Source: Eledone cirrhosa
Taxonomy: Eukaryota
Assembly: GCA_964016885.1 (NCBI GenBank)
Contig: OZ024740.1
Coordinates: forward strand, 218,612,001-218,676,000
Reading direction: 5' to 3'
Length of the DNA: 64,000 nt
Below are positions 15,318 through 29,414 of this stretch, one piece after another (the first letter of the stretch is position 1; the number at the start of each line of letters is the position of its first letter). Made by a program: the position numbers and the translations under genes. The notes under the pieces are model-generated. The model was not told the origin of the DNA. It was given only the letters and a program-made list of their open reading frames with translations, and did no database searches.

Positions 15318-15950
15318 CATCATCATCATCAATATCCTTTCAAATCTATTTTTCCATGCTTGCATGAGTTGGGTGAGGTTTTTTCCAGCACAGCCTCCCT
15401 CTACTCACTCTGTTCCTTCACCATCTCCTCTGTGAGATTCAGCATTTTGAGATGTTCTCACCTCTTCATCCCAGGTTATCCTCAGCCTTCTTCTACTGCA
15501 GCTTCCTCCCAATGGAATCTCTTAGCATTTCTTTACCCAACAATCATCATCCATATGCACTACATATCTACACCTGTACAGTCTTCTCTTACATACTACA
15601 TCTGATTTGTCTTATACTCAGTTTTTCTCTCAGCTCATCCGTGTTTCGTCATCCACACACACTAACATTACACAGCCAACAGAGAATGCTCACTTTATTT
15701 CTCTCCAGCCTTCACATATTCTCTGCATTCACTGCCTGTGTTTCACTTCCATGTAACATCGCTGTTCTCACACGAGCATCATACAATTTACCCTTTGCTC
15801 CACGAGAAAATATTTTTGTTGTCAACAAAGTTAGTAGTGCCCTGAACTTTTTACATCCTACTTTATTCTAGTTACTATGCTCTCAGAAGCATCTCTTCCA
15901 CGTTAATTAGATTACCTAGGAAACAGAAACTGCCAACCACCTTTACAATA
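15318..15950 (-). mobile_element. Old RTE 3' fragment
   Basis: Degenerate RT C-terminal coding sequence and CAT tail. Confidence 0.7.
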
Positions 15951-16299
15951 CATTCCTTGGATTGAAAAATGCTTATTTTGCTAAAATAAACTGCTTGCAC
16001 TAATTACATTAGTTATATCTTAATAAACATTTTCAAATAATATATAAATATTTAATTAGTTGTAAAATTGTAAAATTGCATTTCTAAAATGAAGCATTAT
16101 TTGGTTGTGACTTCGTTAGTTTTGATAAAGAACAAATTTCCTTCCTATTTAATTTAAAGCAATTTCTGGTTTTCTAGTATTTTCTCATTTATTAGTAATG
16201 TTAAATTATAGATGATTTGTGATTACTATTTAATAATATAAATGATTTGGTTTTTACATCCATCCTCCATCTCCTCACTCACCATTTATTTTGCAATTC

Positions 16300-17745
16300 A
16301 TAATAATAATGATTGTTTCTACTTTTGGCACAAGGCCAGCAATTATCTCCAGTGCATTACTGGTACTTTATTTTATCGACCTCGTAAGGATGAAAGGCAA
16401 AGTTAACCTTGGTGGGATTTGAACCCAGACCGTAAAGGGCCGTAACTCTATGCTGCAAAGCATGGCGTCCAACCTTCTACTGATACTGCCAAATGATAAT
16501 AATTCTTTCTAACATTGGCACATGGCCAGCAAGATGGGGGAATGGGAAAAACCAACTGTATTGACTCCTAGTAGATAACTAGTGCTTTATTTTATTGAGC
16601 CCAGAAAGATATAAAGCAAAATTGACCTCAGTGGGATTTGAACTTAGAACATAAAAAGCTGAAAAAAATACTGCTATGCATTTGTCCAATGCTTAAAAGA
16701 TTTGGCCAATCTATCATAATAATGGTTTCTGATTTAGTCAAACAGCTAACAATTTGTGGGGAAGGGAAAGTCAATTAAATTGACCCCAGTGCATTACTGG
16801 TGCTTTATTTTATCGACCCTGTAAGGATGGAAGACAAAGCTAAACTCGCCAGGATTTGAACTTAGAATGCAAAGAGCTGTAACAGTATACTGCAAAGCAT
16901 TTTGTCTGATGCTCTACCGATTCTGCCAATCCACCACCCTTAATGATAATAATTGTTTCTACTTTAGGCACAAGGCCAGCAATTACCCAGTGCATTACTG
17001 GTACTTTATTTTATCGACCCCCGTAAGGATGAAAGGCAAAGTCAACCTCGGCGGGATTTGAACTCAGATCGTAAAGGGACGTAACTATGCTAGAAAGCAT
17101 GGCGTCCAACCCTCTACCGATACTGCCAATCCACAATGATAATAATGGTTTCTCATTTAGACCAAGGCCTATATATCAATTCAAGTAGTACCATATATAC
17201 TCAAATATAAGCTGAGGAATATATAACCCCCCCCCCCCCCTCGCACACACACACACACACACAAAAACGATGGTAGAAGGGGGTTAGCTTATATTTGGTG
17301 TCAATATTCTGATGATTTTCACCAATTTCAAATTCTACATAAATAAGGTTTAGATTTTTCCCTATTTCTCAGACATAAAATAGAAGGATCAGGTTATATT
17401 TGTATCTGCTTATATTCGTAGGGGCTTTAATGGCACATTTGTTCTTGACCTCTGAGGAATAAAAGGCAAAAATGACCACAATGGTCAAATGTTAAGAACC
17501 TGAACAGATGCTGCATACTCATTTTCTGAGTCCCTGATAATTGCCAATCAACAAAGAAATAATTGTTTCTACTTTTGGCATGAGGCCAGCAATTACCCAG
17601 TGCATTACTGGTACTTTATTTTATCGCCCCCGTAAGGATGAAAGGCAAATTTAACCTCGGCGGGATTTGAACTCAGATCGTAAAGGGATGTAACTATGCT
17701 AGAAAGCATGGCATCCAGCCCTCTACCGATACTGCAAATTCACCA
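16300..17745 (-). mobile_element. Cluster of about five SINE family A copies
   Basis: Repeated ttgtttctactt..ggcacaaggccagc..gatactgcca units. Confidence 0.85.
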
Positions 17746-17773
17746 GAAATAATGATACTTGTTCAGTCTAGGT

Positions 17774-19599
17774 CAGGGGTCACCAACCTTTTTTTACAGT
17801 GGGCCGGATAACTGAAAGAAGGACGAGCGCGGGCCGCATAATCATTCTGTTCAATACTTGCAAGCCAGAACGAAAGCTCTGGGAAAAAAGACGAAACACT
17901 ACGTTTAGCATTCCATGTTAATCATGGGTGAGTGGCGTGCAATGCACAAAAAACAAAGACAACCAACATATTTATTTACTAAAAAGTTATCAAAGAAGGC
18001 GACGTTAGCAAAAATATAGTTACATCAGACCTAGTGTGCACATATCCGAATCTTACAAACTAAGCAGCAAAAGAAATTTGTGAAACTGACGTTTGGCTTT
18101 CAAGATATCATCAATGTTTGGTTTGGAATTGCTGCATCCACTCAAGAGAATTGCTTTCAAATGTTCATCAGTTAATCTCATTCGATGTGTTGACTTCACA
18201 TACTTCATTTTTGAAAATGTTTGCTCACAGACATAAGTTGTTTCAAACAATGATGCCATACCAGCGGCAAATTTCTTCAATTTCGGAAACTCAACATCAG
18301 GTAAGAAGAGGTAAAATTCAACAAGTTTTCCTTCTCTGTGCTTCTCTTTCAACAAGTCATTTGCTTGCAAATCAATGAGCTCCAACTATAGTTCAACTGG
18401 CACATCATCAAGGTTACAATCAAACGGATTCTGGAACAGAAGAATGTCACTCTCAATTCTGTCGAGATCTGAAAATCTCTCCAAAAAATGCTTCTTCAAG
18501 TCACGAATAATCTTTTTAGGAAAATCAAGGTTGACATCTTCAGCAATTGTAGCGCAAAACTCTTTGAAACAGTGAAAATTAGAGAAGTGTTTTCCTTCCA
18601 GTTGTGCTTCAAACAATGACAGCTTTCTCCGAAATCCTTTGATGATTCTTTAGAGATCACAGATGAGGTTATCCTTTCCCTGAAGTTTCAAGTTCAGTTC
18701 ATTTATGTGGGATGTGATGTCGACCAAAAATGTCAACTTTGACAGCCAGGTAGGATTTGACAGCTGTGGATCAGCTCTATCTTTTTCAGTGAGAGAAACA
18801 TCTATTTCGTTTCGGAGCTTGTAAAAACGAAACAGGACTTTACCGCAGCTGAGCCACCTCACTGCTGTGTGATAAGGCAAGTCACAGAAATCAGAATCAA
18901 TTTCTTCAAGAAAAGCCTGGAACTGACGGTGATTGAGTGCATGTCCCCGAATGAAGTTCACAGCAAAGTTTTCTGCACTTCCATGAAAATGTCTTTTCCA
19001 GTTGTTGTTCCATGCATGCAGCAAATGGATGCCAACTCTTCCGTTATCTGAAAGTCCAAATTGACACCACAAATGAACACGAGAAGTTGTGATGTACTCG
19101 AGAGATCAGTAGACTCATCCAGCGCCAGAGAATACCACAACAAGTTCCTAGCTTTCTCGCGTATCTGTAGCACTATGTTCTCTCCAAGAGCTTCTGTTCT
19201 CCGCATAACTGAACTTGCCGAAAGGCTGATACTTCCAAACAAATCGGCTTTCTCAGGACACAAGTCATTTGCTGCTTCCATCATACACTCTTTGATGAAG
19301 TTGCCATCAGTAAACGGTTTTCCTCGCTCTGCCAACTTATGCACTCTTTTGTAACTTGTATGAGTGACAGATTCATTTTCAGCAAACTTTCTCGTGAAGA
19401 GATTTCTTTGAGTTTCTAAACCACGTTTCATGGACTCATATTTCTCAGAGCGTAACTTTCCAGAAAACTTTGAATATGTTGATAGATATTTTATTTCATA
19501 GTGACGCCGAAGATTGTACTCTTTCAAAACAGTAACACTGACGTCGTACTGACGTCGCGGGGCTGATCCGGCCCACGGGCTGTAGTTTGGTGACCCCTG
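17774..19599 (-). mobile_element. hAT (Buster/Charlie/SPIN-type) DNA transposon, internally deleted
   Basis: TIRs CAGGGGTCACCAA / TTGGTGACCCCTG; perfect 8-bp TSD GTCTAGGT (17766-17773, 19600-19607) with central TA. Confidence 0.95.
18053..19545 (-). pseudogene. hAT transposase remnant (GTF2IRD2/ZBED-like)
   Basis: KEYNLRRHYE, SLALDESTD, VRWLSCGK, LNLKLQGK, TYVCEQTFSKMK motifs; stops, frameshift and internal deletion near 18965. Confidence 0.92.
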
Positions 19600-19611
19600 G
19601 TCTAGGTTATG

Positions 19612-20500
19612 GGTAGTAGTAGTAGTAGTAGCAGCAGCAGCAGTGGCGCCGGTGGTGGTGGTAGTAGTAGTAGCAGCAGCAGTAGTAATAGTAGTGGTAG
19701 CAGCAGTAGTGTAGTAGTGGTGGTAGTAGCAGCAGCAGTAGTAGTAATAGTAGCAGCAGCAGTAGTAGTAATAGTAGCAGCAGTAGTAGTAGTAGTAGTA
19801 ATAGTGTTAATAGTTCCCATACTAGTATATAAATTTAGATTGTTTTTACCATTAATTTCTCATTAGATTATAAGTCTTTTATTATCCACAAAGCTACTTA
19901 AGCTCAGAATTCCTTTCACCCACTTTAAGTTCCATTACAACCTATATTGTGACATTCCCTCATCCAAAATCTTACCATTGTCTAATTCTCTCTCAACCAT
20001 ATAATTCAATAGCTTCAGATACTTTTAGTTTACATCTATATTCTTGGAGAGTTTAGTTTCAAAATAATTTAGACCTCTTTTTATCCTAATGTTACACCAC
20101 CACCACTACCACCACCACCAATCACTACCATCACCATCACCACCATAATCTTCAGCATCAGCATCGTCTTCATTATCACCATAATACAAACATCACCATC
20201 ACCACCATCGTCTTCATTATCACCATAATCGCAACCATCACCGCCACCGCCACCACCACCACCACCACCACCATCATCATCACCACCACCATCGCCAACA
20301 TCCTCAGCATCATCATCATCATCACCATCTTCTTTATCGCCATAATCAGCACCACCACCATCATCATCACCATCACCATCATTATCTTCATTATCACCAT
20401 AGTTACTACCACCACCAATATTATCAGCATTATAACCACCATCATCATCTTCTTCTTTATACCCATAATCATCATTATTATCATCATCATCATCATCATC
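19612..20500. repeat. Trinucleotide low-complexity arrays (GTA/GCA at 19612-19805; CAT/CAC at 20095-20500)
   Basis: Direct observation. Confidence 0.93.
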
Positions 20501-21084
20501 ATGATTGTTTTTATGTCTGCATATTCAACAATAGCATGGGCTAGACAAAATATTTTGAGGCAGTATTCTGAATGTCCTTCCTAATGCCAATCATCAATTT
20601 TTTAAATTATTTTTGAGTAAGGTATTTGATCTTTGCACTTTGAACCACTGAACTGTGGGACTTTTTATGCAAGACATAAACAAAAATGTCACCACTAATA
20701 GTGTTGAATGCAAAATGAAAACAATAACAATGAGACAAATACACACACACACATTTATATATGACAGGCTTCATACAGTTTCCATCTACAAATTCATTCT
20801 CAAAGCACACTGATATTTGTCAAAACCATCTTCAATTCTAGCATAAATTGTTGTCATAGAAAAAAACCTGAGAAGTCATTTAGAAAGAAATATGTCAGAT
20901 CCAAGAGAATTAAGTCTGACAGATGAAATAATTCCCAGTCAAGATTCAATAATTGTTTCTACTATTGGCACAAGGCCAGCAATTACCCAGTACATTACTG
21001 GTACTTTATTTTATCGACCCCGTAAGGATGAAAGGCAAAGTTAACCTTGGCGGGATTTGAACTCAGAATGGCAACAGTAAACAT

Positions 21085-21625
21085 GAAATGAAATGCTGTG
21101 TCATTCCAATGAAATGATACACATTCAAGATGAAATGATAAATTGTCAAGATAAAATGATATATAATAAAGCTGAAATGAGACACAGTTAAGATGGAATG
21201 ACCTATCATCAAGATGAATAATACATTGTCAAGATGAAATGATACATTATCAAGATGAAATGATATACCTTCAAAATGAAATGATACATCATCAAGATAA
21301 AATGATATACAATGAAGATGAAATGAGACACAGTCAAGATGGAATGATACATCATCAAGATGAAATGATACCTTGTCAAGATGAAATGATACATTGTCAA
21401 GATGAAATGATACATTGTCAAGATGAAATGATACTGTCAAGATGAAATGATACATTGTCAAGATGAAATAATACAGTTAAGATGAAATGATACTGATAAG
21501 ATGAAATGATACATTGACAAGATGAGATGATACATTGACAAGATGAGATGATACAGTCAAGATGAAATGATACAAAAATCAAGTTGAAATGATACAAAAT
21601 CAAGATGAAAGGATATAGACAAGAT
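21085..21625 (+). repeat. ~19-21-bp minisatellite (gtcaagatgaaatgatacatt), about 25 copies
   Basis: Visible periodicity, degenerate at the edges. Confidence 0.93.
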
Positions 21626-21689
21626 GACACATCTAATGCTTGTATCTACCTCAACAATTTTGACACTAGTTTATATATACACACATACA

Positions 21690-21743
<54 letters not shown>

Positions 21744-21917
21744 ACATGCTTCAATAATCTGATTGTATGCTGTAACAAAGTTTTAGCACCTCATTCATTG
21801 TGCCATGGATTATAGGCAATTAAGAGGCAGAATGGACTGATTGGTGTATAATGTAATTATGATATAACATGTGAAATCAACTGTAGCTAATGACTATTGT
21901 AATCTAACAGTTGATTG

Positions 21918-22018
21918 CCTATATGTATATATATACATATAATGTGTGTGTGTATATATATATATATACATATGTGTATGTATGTATATATATATGTGTA
22001 CATATATATATATATGTA

Positions 22019-22088
<70 letters not shown>

Positions 22089-22164
22089 GTATGTATATAT
22101 ATGCATGTGTGTGTTTATATATATACATATATACTTGTATGTATATACACACAACACACACATA

Positions 22165-22232
<68 letters not shown>

Positions 22233-22254
22233 TAAAACAATTTCTATACCTTTC

Positions 22255-22330
<76 letters not shown>

Positions 22331-22345
22331 CATACATACATATAT
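21918..22345. repeat. Compound TA/TG/CA microsatellite
   Basis: Direct observation. Confidence 0.95.
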
Positions 22346-22608
22346 GTTTACGCGCACACACGTGTCTGTATGTACATACTCCATACATGAGTTTACATAG
22401 GAAGGTCACTATAGATAAAGAACAAACAGAATATATATAGATAATAATAATATGAAAGACAAGAGAAATGGTTTCAGCTTTCCAAATTATTGCTAAGAAA
22501 CAATAGCAACATCATCAGCAGCAGTAGTAGTAGTAGTAGTATAGAAACCGTAATATAGTATGTATGTAGTATATAGCGTGTGTGTGTGTGTGTGTATATA
22601 TATATATT

Positions 22609-22688
<80 letters not shown>

Positions 22689-22897
22689 CAGTATATAGTA
22701 TGTCTAGTATTATAGTATTAAATGTAGTGCGTAGCTGAGCAACGATTGTCTGTAAACAAGAACATTGTAAGTCCTGCAATATCAGCAGAATGAAATAATG
22801 CTGTTCTAAGAGGAACGAAGCATCTTTGTAGGAGCGGTTTTGCAATACAGTTTATGAGCGAGAGAGTGTGTGTGAGTGAGTGAGGGTGTGCTGCGTA

Positions 22898-22929
<32 letters not shown>

Positions 22930-23000
22930 CATGTGAGTGCATGCGTATGTGTGTGAGCGCATGCGTATGTGTGTGATAGCGAGGGTGTGCAGCATCTATG

Positions 23001-23043
<43 letters not shown>

Positions 23044-24439
23044 GTTTCTACTTTTGGCACAAGGCCAGCAATTACACAGTGTATTACTGGTACTTTATTT
23101 TATTGACCCCGTAAGGATGAAAGGCAAAGTTAACCTCGGCGGGATTTGAATGTCTGTCTGTGTGTGTCTTTAGTGGAGTAATTGAAGTAGTACTAAACAG
23201 CTTCAGTCTGCTACTAACTGTTGATTGTCGCCCCAACGATCTTCCATATTTCTATTCTTGTTTTTCGTTTTTTTTTTTTTCGTCTTTTTTTGTGGGGTAG
23301 TGGTTGCTTCTTTCTTTTGTGTTCTGTCTTCATACATTTATTTATTTTGCCTTTCATCCTTACGGGGTCGATAAAATAAAGTACCAGTAATACACTGGTT
23401 ATTGTTGGCCTTGTGCCAAAAAAGTAGAAACAATTATTTATTTCTTCTACACTGTGTTATTACTTTTAATCGTTTGTGCCAAATGTTATTGTTGTCGTCG
23501 TCTAGCACCGAGTTGCCTCCGATTTAAGCAGATTTATGATAAAAATACATTCCAGCCGTGACAATCCCATCTTTTTTGTCTGTATTTTTCTTAGACACAT
23601 TGTATATAACTATATAGGATCACGTTATCAACTGTGTCCATCGCTCCGCCCCCTTTTAAAGAGAGTATTATTGTGGTGCAATTTGAGCGATATTTAGCTA
23701 CTACTTCTAGAAGGTCAATCGATCATACCGTGACTAACTTGTGTTGGTTTTCTATTAGCCGAAGTATACTCCACCACCACTTCGCTCTAGGTGTTCCCAC
23801 ACCAACACCAATCCCCCTCCCCCAACCATTTCACTCTAGGTGTTACCCCCGCGAATACCACAGCCACCACCATCACTACTAGAGCTGCTCTCTCCACCAC
23901 CACCACCACCACCACTTCACTATAGGTACCTACCACCACCACCATCATCACTACTTCACTCTAGGTGCTCTCCCCCACCTCCACCATCATCAGCATCCCT
24001 ACTTCAGTATAGACGCTCTCTCCATCACTACTTCACTGCGTTCCAATCGCTGCCGCCCGCCACTAGTTAAAAAAAAAATCTCTACCAATTTCTTCAATGA
24101 AAATTGTTTACTATGCACTTTCCATGGGTTTTGACATGATGTAGTAGTTGTCTTTCCTTCCTTACGTTTGCTGCTATTTTCCACAAATGTTCCCAACTTT
24201 TCTCCACCGTGCACAGTTGTTTCCTTGACAACGACAACCTAATTTCACAAATAGTTGTTATGCAACACACACCAGGTAAGAAAAGTCCTTAACGTTGCAA
24301 ATTAAACAGTCACTATACCAGACACATACTTTGCACTCCTCGCATTTATTAGCATACTAATTAATGCTTCTAAAGATAATTTACATAAGCGCACGAGCGT
24401 ATACACGCATTATAAATATTATATATTATATATTATATA

Positions 24440-24523
<84 letters not shown>

Positions 24524-24524
24524 G

Positions 24525-24560
<36 letters not shown>

Positions 24561-24604
24561 GAAATGGCTTCTACTGGACTAGAACTGTTTCATTCGGGAG
24601 AAAT

Positions 24605-24639
24605 CTGATGATTTCTCAGGAATGAAACAGTTCTAGTCC
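24605..24639 (+). ncRNA. 5'-truncated hammerhead-like motif inside an inverted repeat
   Basis: CTGATGA-tttc tcag gaat-GAAA-cagt-TC-tagtcc; 5' strand of stem I missing. Confidence 0.55.
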
Positions 24640-24719
24640 TGTAGAAGCCATTTCTATATTAAATATTTATACTCTTACCTTACTTACTATAGTGAGCTTT
24701 GATTGAACCCAAGATAAAC

Positions 24720-24759
<40 letters not shown>

Positions 24760-24809
24760 TGAAATGTAGTCATACCAACGTAAATTACTATAATAATAGT
24801 CAATCAAAG

Positions 24810-25083
24810 AATAATAAAATAATAATAATAATAATTAAATTATTGTGTACAGTGCTCAGGTGCACTACAACTCATCAAAGGTGCATGTATAGTACATAGA
24901 ATAATGTACAAATGTCAGGAAAATGAACAGTGTACGAGTCATGATACACACATGTGTGCATGTGCATGGAAGGGGTACATCAGGTGTAGTTTTGGCGTAT
25001 TTCGGGAAGCATGAGTGTCTTAAAGGATGCAGTGTCTCGGCAGCTAACAATTGACGCAGGCAGTTTGTTCCATGCTTCAGCAA
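24810..25083 (-). mobile_element. CR1-type LINE 3' end
   Basis: Peptide AEAWNKLPASIVSCRDTASFK..*, UTR and (ATT)n tail. Confidence 0.75.
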
Positions 25084-25172
25084 AATTGAGTAAAGTAACT
25101 GCAAATTCCCTTAAGTACCTGCAAATTTCTTAAGTCAACAGAATGTCCGTATATATATTTGTGTGTGTGTAT

Positions 25173-25219
<47 letters not shown>

Positions 25220-26356
25220 CAATATATTAACAAATGGAAACTATATTTATAAAACCATATTTATTTCATTATACATATTTCAAGGGCCACCAGAACAAAC
25301 TATGGTGCGCTTTCATCAGATAAAATATAATATAATATAGGTTAGTTTTATAAATAAATATTGACATACCCTTAAAAAAGCAACCATTCTGGTTAGAATC
25401 TCCAAGATAGTGGAGTTATTAGATTTATTGTTGGTTTATTATGCAAATTAGTGTTGGAAAGGTTTAAATGGAATATTCCAACGGCTTAATTTAAATATAC
25501 TGTTTTAAACCTTTCCAACACTAATTTGCATAATAAACCAACAATAAAACGCACCATAGTTTGTTTTGGTGGCCCTTGAAATATGTATAATGAAATAAAT
25601 ATAGTTTCCATTTGTTAATATATTGTATATTTACTCCAATAATTTGTGATTAAATATAACCTCTCTCTCTCTATATATATATAGTTATGTAATAAACAAC
25701 ATAAGGCAATTATTTCATTTACCAGTGGTTTCTTAAAAGCAAAAAAATTTTGCTTTCAATCATCAGAATGAAAAAATCCTGGCGTATTTATTGACGTTGG
25801 ATTTTAGAATAAAAAATCTTATTCCACATTTCCTGAAGAGCCATGTTAGAGCAAAACTATTGGCCATAGTGTATGACAGAATATCTATTTCATCATCATC
25901 ATCATCACCATTTTACATGTATGGGTACACTTTATTGTCCATAGACTGGGTTCTCTTTCTTGTGTCACCAACTTGACCACTATACATGGTAGACAGATAT
26001 TTTTTTAAATACAGGCTAAAGATTTGGAACCTGTTTCAGAAAAATTTGAAGTAGGCTGCCAAACAATCAGTTGTATCTAAATGACAGCATAGTTAGTGTA
26101 ATAAATATCTCCATGAGATTATGGTTTGATGATTAACAAGTCTGATGAGGAAATTGGGGCTGGTATTGGGTCCATAACGCAAATATGGATCTTGAGCCAC
26201 CCATCTGTGAAACATTCGTATTTGAGCCTAATCAATAAAAACCTCAATGTGAAACCTTGTTTTGTTCTTCTTAATGTATATCCTCTGCTCTAGCATAAAG
26301 TGCAAATATTGGTACTTTCCTCGGTAAACCACAAATCTACTGAATCACCTTATATA

Positions 26357-26781
26357 TCACCACCACCACCACCTCCATCATCATCATCATCACCATCACC
26401 ATCATCATCATCACCATCACCATCATCATCACCATCATCACCATCACCATCATCATCATGATCACCATCATCATCACCATCACCACCATCATCATCATCA
26501 TCATCATCACCATCATCACCATCATCATCACCATCATCATCATTACCACCATCATCATCATCATCAACACCATCATCATCACCATCATCACCATCATCAT
26601 CATCATCACCATCATCATCATCACCACCATCACCATCATCATCATCATCATCATCATCAACACCATCATCATCATCACCATCATCATCACCACCACCATC
26701 ACCATCATCATCATCACCACCATCACCATCATCATCATCAACACCACCATCATCATCATCAACACCATCATCATCACCATT

Positions 26782-26817
<36 letters not shown>

Positions 26818-26846
26818 GTCCTTGTCATCACCAACGTCATCATCAT
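26357..26846. repeat. (CAT/CAC)n array
   Basis: Direct observation. Confidence 0.96.
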
Positions 26847-27285
26847 TCATCGTTTTATGTCTATTTGCTGGCATGTGTAGAGGAAGGAAGGAGAATGAAG
26901 GAGGTGGTGGAGGATAAATCATGTATGCAAAGAGGAGGTGATTAAGGTGGGAAATTTAGATGTAGATGAAAGAGGGGTAAATGTAGGTGTGTGTGGGGCA
27001 GCTACGGCATGGAATGCTGGATTTAAGCAACATAACTAACACAAACACTGTATTAACTATAGATTGAGAGAGTGGGAGATATGTTTTTTTTCTCCATTAT
27101 TCTACTGCCATTTCTTCATTCTCTGTTTATTGTTTAATAACCTTCTACTGCATTACATCTTCTCTTCTTCACCCATTTATTCCTGCATGGGTCATGAGAG
27201 CAGAGTTCTCAGATTTGCCTTCCAGAGGGTCCTATCAAAAGCAACATCAACATCATCAACAACTACAGCACAGCATAAACAGAAA

Positions 27286-28050
27286 TAATAGAAATAATAA
27301 TCGTTTCTACGTTAGGCACAAGGCCAGCAATTACCCAGTGCATTACTGGTACTTTATTTTATCGACCCCGTAAGGATGAAAGGCAAAGTTAACCTTGGCG
27401 GGATTTGAACTAATAGAAATAATAATCGTTTCTACGTTAGGCACAAGGCCAGCAATTACCCAGTGCATTACTGGTACTTTATTTTATCGACCCCGTAAGG
27501 ATGAAAGGCAAAGTTAACCTTGGCGGGATTTGAACTAATAGAAATAATAATCGTTTCTACTTTTGGCACAAGGCCAGCAATTTAAAAGAAAGGGAAAAGT
27601 CGATTAAATTGAACCAGTACATTACTGGTACTTTATTGACTCCATAAGAATGAAATTCAAAGTTAACACTTGAATTCAGGATGTAAAGAGCCATAACTAT
27701 ATATCACAAAGTCCATGATACTAAAAAGTGTTTCTACTTTAGGCACAAGGCTAGCAATAACCCAGTGCATTACTGGTACTTTATTTTATCGACCCCGTAA
27801 GGATGAAAGGCAAAGTCAACCTCGGCGGGATTTGAACTCAGATCGTAAAGGGACGTAACTATGCTGGAAAGCATGGCGTCCAACCCTCTACCGATACTGC
27901 CAATCCACCGTCCATGATACTAATAATGGTTTCTGATTTAGGCACAAGGCCAACAATTTTGTGGAAGAGAAAAGTCGATTAAATCGATCCCAGTGCATTA
28001 CTGGTACTTTATTCTATCAACCCTGTAAGGATGAAAGGCAAAGTTAACCA
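27286..28050 (-). mobile_element. SINE family A cluster including an identical 125-bp tandem duplication
   Basis: Units start at 27286, 27411, 27536; further copies at ~27728 and ~27925. Confidence 0.88.
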
Positions 28051-29196
28051 TAATACTAATAATAATAATTTCCCTCCCAAAGCATTAACCAACTCAAGGC
28101 TATAGTAGGAGACATGTCCAAAGTATCCTGCTGTAGATGAGAACCTGAAACCTTTGTAGTTACATGTAAATATAATTTGGATGGACTTTGCATTGGTTTC
28201 AACATTTGAAGGTTACATTTGTTCAGTCGACAAAACTACCTACTCAGTGTGTATATGGCTGAGTATTCCATAAACACATACTCTTAATATACTCTTCACT
28301 CTTGTATGTGATAAAACTGGGCTTTCAAATGACATATTTCATCTAATGGGCTTATAATCACATTTTTCTTCTTAGTTTTTCCATTGCCTAGTCAGGGGAG
28401 GAGAGCTGATAATCCTTCAGATCTCCCTAGACTAGTGAAAGGATGGGTGGGAGGAAGATATCTTCAAACTGGAAAACCTGGGTCCTGGCCTGAATGTTTG
28501 CAACAGAATGGACACTGTTAAGGACATCCAAGACCCAGGTGGTGGTGCTAAACTGGGCGACAGATTAAAGCCACAGTAAGATTTTAACTCAAAACAAATA
28601 GCACAATACAGCCCAACCAACACTCTAGCAATTCCTCCAATCCACCATTTTTGACTAGTACTTTATTTTATTGACCTTGAAAAGATAAAAGGCAAAGTTG
28701 ACCTCAGCAGGATTTAAACTAAAAGCATAGAGAATTAGAACAGAGGTTAATCAATTAAATTGATCTCCCTCACTCATGACAGTAGAGAGGATAGTGTCCA
28801 TGACTCTTGTCAGGGTTCACCAAAACTGCAAAGAAGGAAGAAAGATATCTTCAAACCCCAAAGCTGGCCTGAATGATTGCAACAGAGAGGACTCCACTAA
28901 AAAGACATGTTCTCTTAATGTAACTCTCAAGAGGATTCAGCATGATATTGTTTAGGAAAAGGCTGACCTTTACAAATTACAAGTACACTCCATTCAACAG
29001 ATTTCCAAACAATTTCTATTTACCTAAATTCACTCACAAGGCTTTGGTTGACTTGAAGCTATGATAACTGACACTTTCTTAAGATGCTACACAGGAAAAT
29101 TGAAGCCCAGAACTTATGATTACGAAGCCACTTCTTCCAGACTTCCAAACAGTTTCTGTCTACTCAAATTCACTCACAAGGCTTTGGTTAACTTTC

Positions 29197-29414
29197 TTAA
29201 CCCTTTAGCATTCACATTACTTTATATATACTATTATATTTTCATGGTAAATGCTTTATCTCGCATAATTATCTCACATAATATCGAATCTATGAGATTT
29301 TGAAAGTATTTATTTTGAGAACAATACCTTAACATCAGTTTGAGTGACCAGTTACAGCCAGTTTCAACAGAAAAAGGTAGAGAATTCTGGCCAGTTTGAA
29401 CATTAAAGGGTTAA
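29197..29414. mobile_element. TTAA-flanked MITE (piggyBac-like)
   Basis: CCCTTTA TIRs with TTAA TSD; an empty-site paralogue actttcTTAAgatgctacacagg lies at ~29073-29095. Confidence 0.88.

Noticed and set aside
17188-17420. Possible Tc1/mariner-type MITE remnant (taccatatatactcaaatataagctg)
   Set aside because: Too degenerate; no matching second terminus or TSD could be confirmed
18053-19545. Domesticated GTF2IRD2/ZBED host gene
   Set aside because: Enclosed by TIRs and an 8-bp TSD, and disrupted by stops and deletions
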